DNA of 63,969 nucleotides, filler included, from Lama guanicoe (GCA_013239625.1; 104 parts of 104 records of this genome joined end to end with filler, not necessarily neighbours in it), one strand, 5' to 3'; counted from the first letter of the whole stretch, positions 45,415 through 58,514 are shown. The notes: generated by a model from the sequence alone, not told the origin. Translations and numbers: made by a program.

Positions 45415-45895
45415 NNNNNNNNNNNNNNNNNNNNNNNNNNNNNNNNNNNNNNNNNNNNTTAATTAATTAANNNNNNNNNNNNNNNNNNNNNNNNNNNNNN
45501 NNNNNNNNNNNNNNTTCCTTGTCATATACTTTTCCACTATAGGATATTAAAAGTTATTGAGTGTAGTTTTGTTGTTTCAAACAAAAATTACTAAACAAAG
45601 TAACAAAGTATGCAGACTAAACCTAGCCATGTATATGACACAGCTGAGTTTATCTCAGGCTTTAAATGTGGTTTTGATCTCCAGGATTTCTTTATCAACT
45701 TATCATATGTAAAGTGCCTGTGGAACACTTCTCAGAAAAATGTTTTAAAATCATAAGATTTAGAGAATAAAGAAGGAAGATAATTATACTGAAAAGCAGA
45801 TATCAAAATATAGAAATGGGCATTTGTGATACAGTAATATCTGAAATATTGTAAGAACGTGTTGAATAAGAGGATCCAGTGGTGGTTCTACTAAC

Positions 45896-45940
45896 CACAA
45901 TATTCTGCCATAGCAGTGAGTGTAAATCATCTTCTGAGAT
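45896..45940 (-). other. Candidate 45-nt internal exon, gene unidentified
   Basis: TTGTTGCAG|ATCTCAGAAG...AATATTGTG|GTTAGT. Length is divisible by 3 and it is open as ISEDDLHSLLWQNIV. Confidence 0.4.
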
Positions 45941-46222
45941 CTGCAACAATTGCATTTTGAATGTAAATAAAGTTAAATAACACATAAGCCATGAACTGTG
46001 GATTCAGATTCAGAGTTATCTCGAGTCCCTATCCCCAGCACTCCCCAGAGCTCCCTGCTGTTCCCCTAATGTTATTGAAAGAAGTGGGGAAAGTTTGTGA
46101 AGCGAAGGGCATGTTCCATTGCNNNNNNNNNNNNNNNNNNNNNNNNNNNNNNNNNNNNNNNNNNNNTTAATTAATTAANNNNNNNNNNNNNNNNNNNNNN
46201 NNNNNNNNNNNNNNNNNNNNNN

Positions 46223-47171
46223 GTCTGTTTCCTAGTGCTGGCTTGAAGTGCCTGCCGTTTTCACTGTAAAATCCAGTTTCAGCTTGTACCTCCCCATATA
46301 TATATATGGGGTGGAGTTTGCAACTGAAAGAAACTTTGTGTTCGCATCAAGCTAGGTTAAGGACGGCTATAACACACACTTATCTCTCAGAACGGAGCAT
46401 GTGGAGAGACGTTCGTTCATCCAGCACAAAGGGAACGGGTTGCAGGAGAAACACTTACTCTGGTTTCTCAGTCTGTTTCCTAGTGCTGGCTTGAAGTGCC
46501 TGCCGTTTTCACTGTAAAATCCAGTTTCAGCTTGTACCTCCCCATATATAAGTATGAAGTGGAGTTGGCAACTGAAAAGAAACTTTGTGTTCGCATCAAG
46601 CTAGGTTAAGGACGGCTATAACACACACTTATCTCTCAGAACGGAGCATGTGGAGAGACGTTCGTTCATCCAGAAGAAAGGAAAAGGTTTGCAGGAAAAA
46701 CACTTACTCTGGTTTCTCAGTCTGTTTCCTAGTGCCGGTTTGAAGTGCCTGAAGTTTTAACTGTAAAACCCAGTTGGAGCTTCTACGTCCCCATATATAT
46801 GTATGGAGTGAAGTTGGCAACTGAAAAGAAACTTTGTGTTCGCATCAAGCTAGGTTAAGGACGGCTATAACACACACTTATCTCTCAGAACTGAGCAAGT
46901 GGAGAGACGTTCGTTCATCCAGAAGAAAGGAAAAGTTTTGCAGGAAAAACACTTACTCTGGTTTCTCAGTCTGTTTCCTAGTGCCGGTTTGAAGTGCCTG
47001 AAGTTTTAACTGTAAAACCCAGTTGGAGCTTCTACGTCCCCATATATATGTATGGAGTGGAGTTTGCAACTGAAAAGAAACTTTTTGTTCCCTTAAGGCT
47101 AGGTGAAAGTCGGCTTTCACAGACAATTATCTCTCAGAACTGAGCATGTGGAGAGACATTCGTTCATCCAG
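46223..47171 (+). repeat. 249-bp satellite, ~4 monomers
   Basis: CAACTG at 46321, 46569, 46818 and 47067. Confidence 0.97.
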
Positions 47172-47611
47172 NNNNNNNNNNNNNNNNNNNNNNNNNNNNN
47201 NNNNNNNNNNNNNNNTTAATTAATTAANNNNNNNNNNNNNNNNNNNNNNNNNNNNNNNNNNNNNNNNNNNNGTCAAATTTTTCATATTTTAAATAATATT
47301 CTTGTTCATTTTAATGCAGATATAAAAGGAAGTTAAAATATTGAAATATTTTAACAGATTTAGGTAATCTGTAAATTCTTATTCTTGTCCCAAGTCTACT
47401 GAAATCTATTATTTTCATTTTCAAAAACCTTGTAACAAAAATAAATGAAATCAAATTCACAATTATAATGTGAGAGCATCAATTCTTTTTATCTTTTCAC
47501 ATTCCTCTTTANNNNNNNNNNNNNNNNNNNNNNNNNNNNNNNNNNNNNNNNNNNNTTAATTAATTAANNNNNNNNNNNNNNNNNNNNNNNNNNNNNNNNN
47601 NNNNNNNNNNN

Positions 47612-48402
47612 AACTGCAGGAACTTCAAAACGGCACTAGGAAACAGACTGAGAAACCAGACTAAGTGTTTTTCTGCAACCTGTTCCCTTGGTGCTAGATG
47701 AAAGAATATCTCTCCACATGATCATTTTGAGAGTTAAGCATGTGTGAAAGCCGTCCTTCACCTAGCATGTTGGGAACACAAAGTTTCTCTTCAGTTGCAG
47801 ACTCCACTCCATACATATATATGGGAGGTACATGCTCCAACTCGGTTTTACAGTGAAAACTGCAGGAACTTCAAACCAGCACTAGGAAACAGACTGAGGA
47901 ACCAGAGTAAGTGTTTCTCCTGCAACCTGTTCCCTTTGTGCTAGATGAACGTACGTCTCTCCACATGCTCAGTTTTGAGAGTTAAGCGTGTTTGAAAGCC
48001 GTCCTTCACCTAGCTTGTTGGGAACACACAGATTCTGTTCTGTTGCTGACACCACTCCATACATATATATGGGGAGGAAAAAGCTCCAAATCTCTTTTAT
48101 AGTGAAAAGTCCAGGAACTTCAAACCGGCACTAGGAAACAGACTGAGATACCAAAGTAAATGTTTCTACTGCAACATGTTCCCTTTGTGCTAGATGAACA
48201 AACGTCTCTCCACATGCTCAGTTTTTAAATTTAAACGTGTGTGAAAGCCGTCCTTCCCCTAGCTTGTTGGGAACACAAAGTTTCTCTTCACATGCAGACA
48301 GCACTCCATACATATACATGTGGAGGTACATGCTCCAACTCGGTTTTACGGTAAAAACTGCAGGAATTTCAAACCAGCACTAGGAAACAGACTGAGGAAC
48401 CA
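47612..48402 (-). repeat. 249-bp satellite (reverse, distinct subfamily)
   Basis: About 3 monomers with shared GTTGGGAACAC and GTGCTAGATG variants. Confidence 0.94.
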
Positions 48403-48502
48403 NNNNNNNNNNNNNNNNNNNNNNNNNNNNNNNNNNNNNNNNNNNNTTAATTAATTAANNNNNNNNNNNNNNNNNNNNNNNNNNNNNNNNNNNNNNNNNN
48501 NN

Positions 48503-49046
48503 AGTATAATGTATTCTATATTCTATATTCTGTGTTCTGCATCACATGTTCTAAATTCTCGAAACTATACTCTCTATTGTATATTCTATATTCTATATAC
48601 TGTGTTCTACATTCTATATTCTAAAATCTATATTAATTAATGTGTATTCTATAGACTTAATTCTGTGTTCTGCATTCAAATTTCTTAATTCTGGGGTCTA
48701 TATTCTGTTTTCCATATTTTAATACTGTGTTCTACATTCTATATTCTAAACACTATATTCAGTATTTTGTATTCTATAATCTAAATTCTGTGTTCTGCAT
48801 TCCATGTTCTAAATTCTTTGTTGTATATTCTATTTTCTATATTCTATATTCTGTGTCCTTCATTCAATATCCTAAATTCTATATTCAGTATTCTGTATTG
48901 TATATCAAAAAACAAAAAAACAGCATTCCATGTTCTAAATTCTTTGTTGTATATTCTATTTTCTATATTCTATATTCTGTGTCCTTCATTCAATATCCTA
49001 AATTCTATATTCAGTATTCTGTATTGTATATTCTAAATTCTGTGTT
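48503..49046 (+). repeat. AT-rich heptamer satellite with 126-bp duplication
   Basis: GCATTCCATGTTCTAAATTCTTTG at 48797 and 48923. Confidence 0.93.
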
Positions 49047-49146
49047 NNNNNNNNNNNNNNNNNNNNNNNNNNNNNNNNNNNNNNNNNNNNTTAATTAATT
49101 AANNNNNNNNNNNNNNNNNNNNNNNNNNNNNNNNNNNNNNNNNNNN

Positions 49147-49668
49147 TCCCTGTGCTATACAGTAGGACCTTGTTATTTATCTGTTTTATATATAGCAGTT
49201 AGTATCCGCAAATTCCAAACTCCCAATTTATCCCTTCCCAACCCCTTTCCCCTCTGATAACCATAAGTTTGTTTTCTATGTCTTTGAGTCTGTTTCTGTT
49301 TTCTAAATAAATTCATTTGTGTCATATTTTTAGATTTCACATATAAGTGATATCATATGGTATTTTTCTTCCTCTTCTCTGGCTTATGTAGCATGACAAT
49401 CTCCAGGTCCATCCATGTTGCTGCAAATGGCATTAATTTCTTCTTTCTTAAGGCTGAGTAGTATTCTACCATACACCCCCCCACACACAACTTCTTTATC
49501 CAATCATGTGTCAGTGGACATTTAAGCTGTTTCCATGGATTAGCTATTGTATATAGTGCTGCTATGAGCATTGAGGTGCATGTATCTTTTCAAATTAAAG
49601 TTTCCCCTGAATATATGCCTAGGACTGGGATTGCTGGACCATAGGGTACATCCATTTTCAGTTTTTTA
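49147..49668 (-). mobile_element. LINE-1 ORF2 end and 3'UTR
   Basis: The minus strand encodes IAALYTIA..WKQLKCP...WIKK...MPFAATWMDLE. Confidence 0.95.
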
Positions 49669-49755
49669 ATTATTCTATTTTAGTGGAGGTGGGGGAAGGT
49701 AAATAGATTTATTTATTTTTAGAGGAGGTACCGAGGATTGAACCCAGGACCTGGG
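49669..49755 (-). mobile_element. tRNA-derived SINE (Vic-1-like), 3' part
   Basis: Minus strand reads GGTCCTGGGTTCAATCCTCGGTACCTCC (B box), then AATAAATAAAT and TTACCTTCCCCC. Confidence 0.8.
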
Positions 49756-49855
49756 NNNNNNNNNNNNNNNNNNNNNNNNNNNNNNNNNNNNNNNNNNNNT
49801 TAATTAATTAANNNNNNNNNNNNNNNNNNNNNNNNNNNNNNNNNNNNNNNNNNNN

Positions 49856-50320
49856 CATGAAACCAGCACTAGGAAACCGACTGAGAAACCAGAGAAAGTG
49901 TTTCGACTGCAACACATTCCCTTTGTGCTGGATGAACGAACGTCTGTACACATGGTCTGTTTTGAGAGGTAAGTGTGTGAAAGCCGTCCTTCCCCTAGCT
50001 TGATGGAACACAAATATAATTTTCAGGTGTAAACTCCACTAAATTCATATATATGTGGGTGTACAAGCTTCAACTCGGTTTTATAGTGAAACTCAGGAAA
50101 TTCAAACCGCACCTAGGAAGCCATCTGAGAAACCAGAGTAATTGTTTCACCAGGAACCCATTCCGTTTGTGCTGGATGAACGAACATCTCTTCACATGCT
50201 CAGTTCTGAGTGATATGTGCGTTTGAAAGCTTTCCTTCACCAAGCTTGAAGGGAACACAAAGTTTCTTATAAGTTGCCAGCTCCACTACATACATATGTA
50301 TGGGGAGATAAAATTTCCAA
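49856..50320 (-). repeat. 249-bp satellite (reverse, diverged)
   Basis: TTTGTGCTGGATGAACGAAC occurs twice. Confidence 0.92.
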
Positions 50321-50420
50321 NNNNNNNNNNNNNNNNNNNNNNNNNNNNNNNNNNNNNNNNNNNNTTAATTAATTAANNNNNNNNNNNNNNNNNNNNNNNN
50401 NNNNNNNNNNNNNNNNNNNN

Positions 50421-51204
50421 GGCGGGGAGCAGCCACAGCCGCCATCTCCTCCTGTGCGCAGCGCGGGCAAGGGCGGGGCCGTGCCCCGACTCCGCACCAG
50501 GGGGCTCCGCAACCTCCCCGGCAGGACTGAGACTTGTTCACAGCCTGAGGCAGATAGGATCTTTCTGCCCCAGCACGTCAGAGGTCTCGCGCCACCAAGA
50601 CAAGCAAGGAGCTGAGTTTGGGCGCGGAGCAGTGGCGGGGCAGTTCCGCGGCCTTCCCCGAGCCCGCCTATGAGCGCCCACCGGAGGTGCAGCGGGCAGC
50701 TGCCCAGAGCAGCAGAGCGACCAGCGCCGGGAGAGGGCGGGTGGCCACCCTCTTCCTGGCAGGAACGCAGCCCCTGACCGCAGTGCTGGGAGGCGGCGCG
50801 ATCCACCCACCCGCCTCCCCACCAGCTCAGCATCTGACTGCGGCATCCGGAGGGAGAGTGACCTGCCCGCCCACCGCGAAGGAGACCAGCATCCGACCCA
50901 GTATTGGGAGGGGGTGCGATCTGCTTGCCGACAGGCACTGGGAGCAGCCCAGACGAGGGCGCCAACAGAGGGCCTCTGGAAACAGCAAGCTGAGTTCGCG
51001 AAACAGGGCGAAGACAGAAAGACGTCTTGATAAAAATCTTTAATAAGAGTGCAGTCTCCAGGAGAATACATCCTTTTTTTTTTTTTAAATCTTTTTTATA
51101 TCTGTTCTATTTTCTATTATCTTTTTTTACTCTTTAAACAATTGTATATGTCTAAAGTTTAAATCCCTTAAAAATTTTTCTTTTAAAATCTTTTTATTAT
51201 TATT
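50421..51204 (+). mobile_element. Young LINE-1 5'UTR-like interspersed repeat
   Basis: CpG-rich region with YY1-like GCCGCCATCT, then a T-rich tract. Homologous to 24783-25393. Confidence 0.7.
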
Positions 51205-51304
51205 NNNNNNNNNNNNNNNNNNNNNNNNNNNNNNNNNNNNNNNNNNNNTTAATTAATTAANNNNNNNNNNNNNNNNNNNNNNNNNNNNNNNNNNNNNNNN
51301 NNNN

Positions 51305-51740
51305 GGTTGTGTTCCTGCCCGACAGGCGGTGGTCGCTCTCCCCCTGCCTGCGCTGCAGGTAGCTCCGCTGCTCTGTGAGGCTGCGCACTCTGCACCAGCG
51401 CTCTGCCCTGGTCGCGCTCCGCCCCGTTCGGCGCTCCGCCCCGTTCGGCGCTCCGCCCTGGTCGCGCTCCGTGGGTGGGCTCAGGGAAGACCAAGGGGCA
51501 GCCTTGTCCCTGCTCCGAGCCAAGACCCAGCTGCTTGTTTGTCTTTGTGGAGCAGGTTCTCTGGGGGACCAGAATGGAAGAATCCTATCTGCCCAGGGCT
51601 GTAGGCCCGTCTCAGTCTGGCCCTTGAGGCTGCTAAGCCCTTCGGTGCGGACGCAGGTTTCTCCTCTGCCCTCGCCTGGGTGCTAAGTGCGGGAGAATAT
51701 GGCGGCTCTGCCTGGGCCCCACCCCTCTTCCCCTGAAAAG
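51305..51740 (-). mobile_element. Young LINE-1 5'UTR-like interspersed repeat
   Basis: Shares CCCTGCTCCGAGCCAAGACCCAGCT and the GGCGCTCCGCCC units with 24783-25393. Confidence 0.7.
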
Positions 51741-52664
51741 NNNNNNNNNNNNNNNNNNNNNNNNNNNNNNNNNNNNNNNNNNNNTTAATTAATTAANNNN
51801 NNNNNNNNNNNNNNNNNNNNNNNNNNNNNNNNNNNNNNNNGTGTGGTAAGTGAGGGGAATCTTTGACTGAATTTGAATATGTATTAGGCCTCCGTTTTTT
51901 AAAGACAGTATAGGTAAATACTATAATTCAGATAGTGAACTGAACTGTAAAAGTTTTGAATAACATTAAAGACACAGCTTATGTTGTCCGTCTTTCACTT
52001 GAGTCAATAACCCGGGGGCACTATATCATGGGGGTGCAGAATTGGTTGCGATAAAAGGCTTTACCTAACGTGATTGGACGATTAAGGATTCCCCTCACTG
52101 ATAGAATAACACCTGGTTCTCAATACCCTAGAATAGCTGCAGCAGGGTTCTCATAGCTATAATGCCTCTTCGTGCTTTTGGATTCAAACCTAAATGTATA
52201 TATTTGGTTTGTTCTCTCTTATATATTTCTAGAGAGGGATGTTAACCCTTGAAATGCCAACATTGTCCAGTAGGTGTCATTGTGAATAAAGAACACAACA
52301 TGCACAAGTGAATCCAAGGTTGGGGGTTATTTCTATTTTCCAATCGGTATTTNNNNNNNNNNNNNNNNNNNNNNNNNNNNNNNNNNNNNNNNNNNNTTAA
52401 TTAATTAANNNNNNNNNNNNNNNNNNNNNNNNNNNNNNNNNNNNNNNNNNNNCCCACCACGTAGCACTACATGTGCCGTGTGCAGACAGGGATGCTGACT
52501 CTGTACAACCCGTGGCTTGTCTCACTCGAACAATCATCACCTTCTTCAGTGTTCAACTTTTTCATTGCTTACTCTTAGAAAAATGTTTTCTTAGGATGAA
52601 TCAATATTTTTCCTTACAACTTCCCATCATTGATAATGATCTCCCTCCAAAATAGAGAAGACCT

Positions 52665-52810
52665 AATTCTCAGTCTCCTTATCTGTAAAGTGAGAATAAC
52701 AGGGAAATATGTGAGGTTTTAAGAGAAATAATATTCATGTGACGCTGAGGGACAATTCCATCATACAGTAAGCAGTCAATATGTGCTTACTTAATATTAA
52801 TAAGAATATA
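52665..52810 (+). mobile_element. MIR SINE 3' part
   Basis: CTCAGTCTCCTTATCTGTAAAGTGAGAATAACA...ACAGTAAGCAGTCAATA. Confidence 0.7.
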
Positions 52811-53331
52811 TTGCATTCCAGCAACTTTCAATGAATGTTTTATGAATTTGTCCAACAGACTACTGACAAAATTTTAGACAAACCCCTTTGAGCAGATCAG
52901 CACAAGCGTACTGGGAGAGGTAAGCGCTGNNNNNNNNNNNNNNNNNNNNNNNNNNNNNNNNNNNNNNNNNNNNTTAATTAATTAANNNNNNNNNNNNNNN
53001 NNNNNNNNNNNNNNNNNNNNNNNNNNNNNGCCTAGGACATCGCAGCGTGGCAGCCCACCATGCAAGGAACAGCAATTGTGGCTGTGGTGGACCAATGTGA
53101 GTAGAAAGGCTTCATGGGGTGAAGACCTTGAAGAGTCCAAAAATGCATTGGTGTTACTTCCTAAGGAATCCAGCGTTGGGTTTTTTTTAATATGAGAGGG
53201 AGATGCTGACACTATCATCGCTATAAACAACNNNNNNNNNNNNNNNNNNNNNNNNNNNNNNNNNNNNNNNNNNNNTTAATTAATTAANNNNNNNNNNNNN
53301 NNNNNNNNNNNNNNNNNNNNNNNNNNNNNNN

Positions 53332-53760
53332 GGTGTGTCATCTAAGCTCCAAGATGGCCCAAGTACTCCACACCTCTTGATGTCCACACCCTTAGCCCCC
53401 TTCCAAGCTGAATCAGGGCTGCTCTTGGGCAACAACATATGGAGGGAGCAGTGGTGTGTGACCGAGGCTAGATCAGAGATGGGTTTGCTGCTGAGGCTTC
53501 ATCCTCTTGGATGGTTGAGATATTGTTCTCTGGTCAAAGCCAAAGTCCTTGTCAGAAGAACAATCAAGCAGTCCCACAGACAGAACAAATTGCAGAAAAC
53601 CCAACATGCCAATATCAATGCGATAGCCATCTCATGGCTACCCTGGAACTGGATTATCCAACATCAGGCAAGGTTCACATCTGTAATCCAGCCAAGACCT
53701 GACTGCAACTTATGAGAGACCCTAAGCCAGAACTGCCCATCCAAGCTACTCCTGAACTCC
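53332..53760 (+). mobile_element. MaLR LTR (MLT1E/F-like)
   Basis: CTCCAAGATGGCCC...CCACACCTCTTG and GACTGCAACTTATGAGAGACCCTAAGCCAGAAC. Confidence 0.78.
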
Positions 53761-53860
53761 NNNNNNNNNNNNNNNNNNNNNNNNNNNNNNNNNNNNNNNN
53801 NNNNTTAATTAATTAANNNNNNNNNNNNNNNNNNNNNNNNNNNNNNNNNNNNNNNNNNNN

Positions 53861-54255
53861 GTGCCGGGATGAAGTGGCAGCCGTTTTCACTGTAAAACCG
53901 AGTTGGAGCATGTACCACCCGTTATATATTTATGGAGTGGAGTTTGCAACTGAAAAGAAACTTTGTGTTCCCTTCAAGCAGTGTTAAGGACGGCATTCAC
54001 TCACACTTATCTCTCAGAACTGAGCATATGGAGAGACTTTCGTTTATGCAGCACAAAGGGAACGGGTTGCAGGAGAAATCATTGCTCTGGTTTAAAAGTC
54101 TGTTTCCTAGTGCCGGTTTGAAGTGCCTGCCGTTTTCACTGTAAAATCGAGTTGGAGCTTCTACCTACCCATATATATGTACGGAATGGAGTTTTCAACT
54201 GAAAAGAACTATGTGTTCCCTTCAAGCTGGGTGAAGGACGGTATTCACACCCACT
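53861..54255 (+). repeat. 249-bp satellite
   Basis: About 1.6 monomers. Confidence 0.94.
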
Positions 54256-54355
54256 NNNNNNNNNNNNNNNNNNNNNNNNNNNNNNNNNNNNNNNNNNNNT
54301 TAATTAATTAANNNNNNNNNNNNNNNNNNNNNNNNNNNNNNNNNNNNNNNNNNNN

Positions 54356-54841
54356 TTAGAACAGAATATATAGCATGTAGAATACAGAATTAAGAATCCA
54401 GAATTAAGAAAATGCAACGCAGAACACTGAATTAAGAATATAGATTACATAATACTGAATATAGAATTAAGAATATAGAATGTAGAACACAGAATATATA
54501 TTATTGAATACACAAACCTGAATATAGTATTTAGATTATAGAATGTATAATACAGAATAGAGAATATAGAATATAAATTATAGAACCCAGAATTTAGAAA
54601 ATGGAATGCAGAACACAGAATTTAGAATATAGTATACAGAATACTTACTAAAAAATTAAAAAAATTGAATGTAGAACACAGAATACATAATATAGGATAC
54701 ATAATACTAAATATATAATTTAGAACATAGAATGTAGAAAAAAGAATAAAAACTATAAATTAGAGAATATTGAAGCCAGATATTGGAACATGGAAAGCAG
54801 AAATCAGAATTTAGAATATAGAATACAGAATACTGAATATA
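54356..54841 (-). repeat. AT-rich heptamer-based satellite (reverse, degenerate)
   Basis: AGAATAT/AGAACAC units. Confidence 0.9.
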
Positions 54842-57826
54842 NNNNNNNNNNNNNNNNNNNNNNNNNNNNNNNNNNNNNNNNNNNNTTAATTAATTAANNN
54901 NNNNNNNNNNNNNNNNNNNNNNNNNNNNNNNNNNNNNNNNNCAGACAAAGAAAACTGAATGAATATCCTCCTGTTCACCCATGGATCATCACAAAGGTCA
55001 TTCCATTGGCTTCTGGGTCCACATCCCCAAACTAGGATTTATCTATTGGTATATGGGCACATCCAAAACCCTAGACCCAAACACACATCTTCCTACTACT
55101 GGGTAGCACCCCCTTTTGTTTCCCTCCATGAGCTTATTTTTTTTTNNNNNNNNNNNNNNNNNNNNNNNNNNNNNNNNNNNNNNNNNNNNTTAATTAATTA
55201 ANNNNNNNNNNNNNNNNNNNNNNNNNNNNNNNNNNNNNNNNNNNNCAGTAGTCACGGGAGCGGGAACGTGCAGGGTGAAGGAATGAGATTGCACAGGGGC
55301 CGCGTGAGTTCTAGGAGCTGGGGTGGGAGGGCCTTACCAGGGTCAGGTTATGTGGGTGAGTATACACAGCCGGGGGTACGCACCAGGGTTGGGTGGGCTC
55401 CTGGGGTGTGAGCATGTGGGAGTACAGGGAGGTGCCATGCATGTCTTCTGGGGGCATGAGTGTGCAGACAGTCGTGCAAGGAGGTGCCGTGCAGTTTGAG
55501 CAAGTAGGAGTCTTGGGCAGTCCTGTGTATGAGCAGTCCTGAGCGTGAGTGTGCAAGGGGCACATTTCCATCTTGGTGTGGAAGGGCCAGCATGTTCATG
55601 ACTTAGGGAGGGGCCAGGCCATTTTATCCACAGAGGGGAGGGCCAGCCTGAGGTGGGTGCTCCCAGCGCACGAGCACACAGGCTTGAGAGGAATTATTCC
55701 GGAGCTTCCACGGGTCTCGGAAGCCATGTTTTCCCTCCGAACTCATTTGTGTTCCTGGGGATGCTATTGGGCCTCTTAAAGGCTTGGGAGGGTGTGGGAA
55801 CCTTTGGGGTCAGCGGTCCTGATGTTCTACNNNNNNNNNNNNNNNNNNNNNNNNNNNNNNNNNNNNNNNNNNNNTTAATTAATTAANNNNNNNNNNNNNN
55901 NNNNNNNNNNNNNNNNNNNNNNNNNNNNNNATATCGATAATTTCAACTGCGCGCGCCAGGGTGGTTCCTTGCTCATTGGAGTCCCAGGTCAGTTTGCTCT
56001 CTTGATAGGACCCACCACATTCCACAACGCACTCCAGATCCCTGAGACTCAGCGTGTGCCAACATCCGTAGCCCTATCCCTCCCTGAACGCGCCCTCTGC
56101 TACCTCAAATTTGGCAGCTCGGAGCTTTTTCTCAGAATCAACTGTGGGGATATTTTGCACTGGATTCTTTGAGTTCTNNNNNNNNNNNNNNNNNNNNNNN
56201 NNNNNNNNNNNNNNNNNNNNNTTAATTAATTAANNNNNNNNNNNNNNNNNNNNNNNNNNNNNNNNNNNNNNNNNNNNCCTTCAAGGCACACACACATTCA
56301 AAAAAAAAACAAAACAAACAAACAAATAAAACCCCTCCCTGGCCAAAAAAAAAAAGTCCTTGAGCTAGAAATTGCCTTCGTAATAAAATTATTCCCATTT
56401 TAGACGCAGTCACTAAGCTCAAAGGTCCAGGGTCATGGAGCTCGTGAGCAATACTGTTGGGGCACAGGACTTGGTCTCTTTTCCAGGATGTTAAGCTGCC
56501 TCCTTACAGCAAGTCTCAACACGGATTGAAGGAGAGAGTAGAAAAGAATGAAGTGTTAGGGGCAGGGTTTTGTAACCACCTACACGTGACTGCCCATGGA
56601 TGCCCATAATCCTGTGCTCATCAGGTTTGTGACAAGCTAGGAGAGAGCTGAATGCCCTCCTGGATCGCTGAGTCACTAGGCAGACAAAGAGAAATGGACT
56701 GTCACCCTGCCTTCCCCCAGATGGCCTACGTCTGCTGCTGCCTTTCTGAGACTAAAGCGAGGGTGGGCCACCAAATCTTTGTCTCAGCCCAACTGCATTG
56801 TCCTGAGGATAGGTAGNNNNNNNNNNNNNNNNNNNNNNNNNNNNNNNNNNNNNNNNNNNNTTAATTAATTAANNNNNNNNNNNNNNNNNNNNNNNNNNNN
56901 NNNNNNNNNNNNNNNNTTGGGGGAGGTCTAACCATGTTAATTGTTTCTGCTGACAGGTACTTGTGCTGACTTCCCTTCTTATTTGCTTGGCCATCTTGTT
57001 AATAAGCACCTTTATTGATTTTAATTTTGGGGATTTTAGGAAACTAATTGGCAACGCTTTCTTCTAGACAATATTTACACCTTCTAGAAGCCATAAGTTG
57101 CTTCTGTTCTGGAACTCTTCAATCCCATTTAAGGGCCTAGATCAATATAAATGCTCCAAACTCAGCTCAAAAAGCTTGCNNNNNNNNNNNNNNNNNNNNN
57201 NNNNNNNNNNNNNNNNNNNNNNNTTAATTAATTAANNNNNNNNNNNNNNNNNNNNNNNNNNNNNNNNNNNNNNNNNNNNCTGAGAGCGGGTAGGAGAGTG
57301 ATGTCTAGAGCTTTGTGACTAGTTGGGACACCTAGGTGGGCATCCAAAGATTCCCTTCTGAAAATACGGTTTCTTAGCTTTATTTTTATCTAGCTCTGAA
57401 TTTATAAATGTTTGTTATAGCCATATTCAGTGTAACTGAAAAAGCACCTCTGCAACTAAATATCAAAATATTTCTAGTATATTCTCTGCCTTTCTGTATT
57501 TTAGAAGTGGCTTTCCCAGCGGTAGTGGCAGACATTGGGGATTTGCTACACAAGACCTCCTTCTTAACTGTGTCCACATCGCATATCAGCTTGTTTTATT
57601 ATTTTTAATGGTTTGATAGGTTGAAAAGGATATTGGTTTTTAAGGAGCACTTTATCACTTAAAAATAATATATGGACTATCAATTCTAATTCTTCTAGGA
57701 TACCCAGTCTGTTGATTAACCACATCNNNNNNNNNNNNNNNNNNNNNNNNNNNNNNNNNNNNNNNNNNNNTTAATTAATTAANNNNNNNNNNNNNNNNNN
57801 NNNNNNNNNNNNNNNNNNNNNNNNNN

Positions 57827-58414
57827 AAAAAATGGAATAAATTTCTAACGGGCACTAAGAAACATACTGAGAAAACAAAATAAGTGTTACTATTGCAACA
57901 CATTCATTTATTTTGATGAATGTAAGTCTATTCATGAGCAAAATTTTGAGAATTAACTGTGTGTGAAAGCAGTTAATCACCTAGCTTATGAGAAATACAG
58001 ACATTCTATTCAGTGGGAAACAACAGGACACAAATATATACAGGGAAGTACTAGTTCCAACTCGGTTTTACAGTGAAAACGGCAGGCATCTCAAACCGGC
58101 ACTAGGAAACAGACTGAGAAACCAGAGTAAGGGTTTCTCCTGCAACCCGTTCCCTTTGTGCTGGATGAACGAACGTCTCTCCACATGCTCAGTACTGAGA
58201 GATAAGTGTGTGTGAAAGCCGTCCTTCACCTAGCTTGAAGCGAACACAACGTTTCTTTTCAGTTGCCAACTCCACTCCATACATATATATGGGGAGGTAC
58301 AAGCTCCAACTCGGTTTTACACTGAAACTTGCAGGAACTTCAAACCCGGAATTAGGATACAGAATGAGAAACCATCGTAAGTGTTTCTCCTGCAACCCAT
58401 TCCCTTTGTGCAAG
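57827..58414 (-). repeat. 249-bp satellite (reverse), one AT-shifted monomer plus canonical monomers
   Basis: Canonical from ~58055. The preceding monomer is colinear but strongly AT-enriched. Confidence 0.9.
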
Positions 58415-58514
58415 NNNNNNNNNNNNNNNNNNNNNNNNNNNNNNNNNNNNNNNNNNNNTTAATTAATTAANNNNNNNNNNNNNNNNNNNNNNNNNNNNNN
58501 NNNNNNNNNNNNNN

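Noticed and set aside
48906..48922. A-rich patch CAAAAAACAAAAAAACA inside the satellite, read as an insertion
   Set aside because: It replaces exactly 17 expected bases with no length change and no TSD, so it is most likely bad base calls.
53030..53102. Isolated splice-site-like motifs at contig edges (53097 GTGAGT, 10567 GTGAGC, 56103 minus GTAGCA, ~17054 minus acceptor)
   Set aside because: There is too little exon sequence to identify or support, and single splice motifs occur often by chance.
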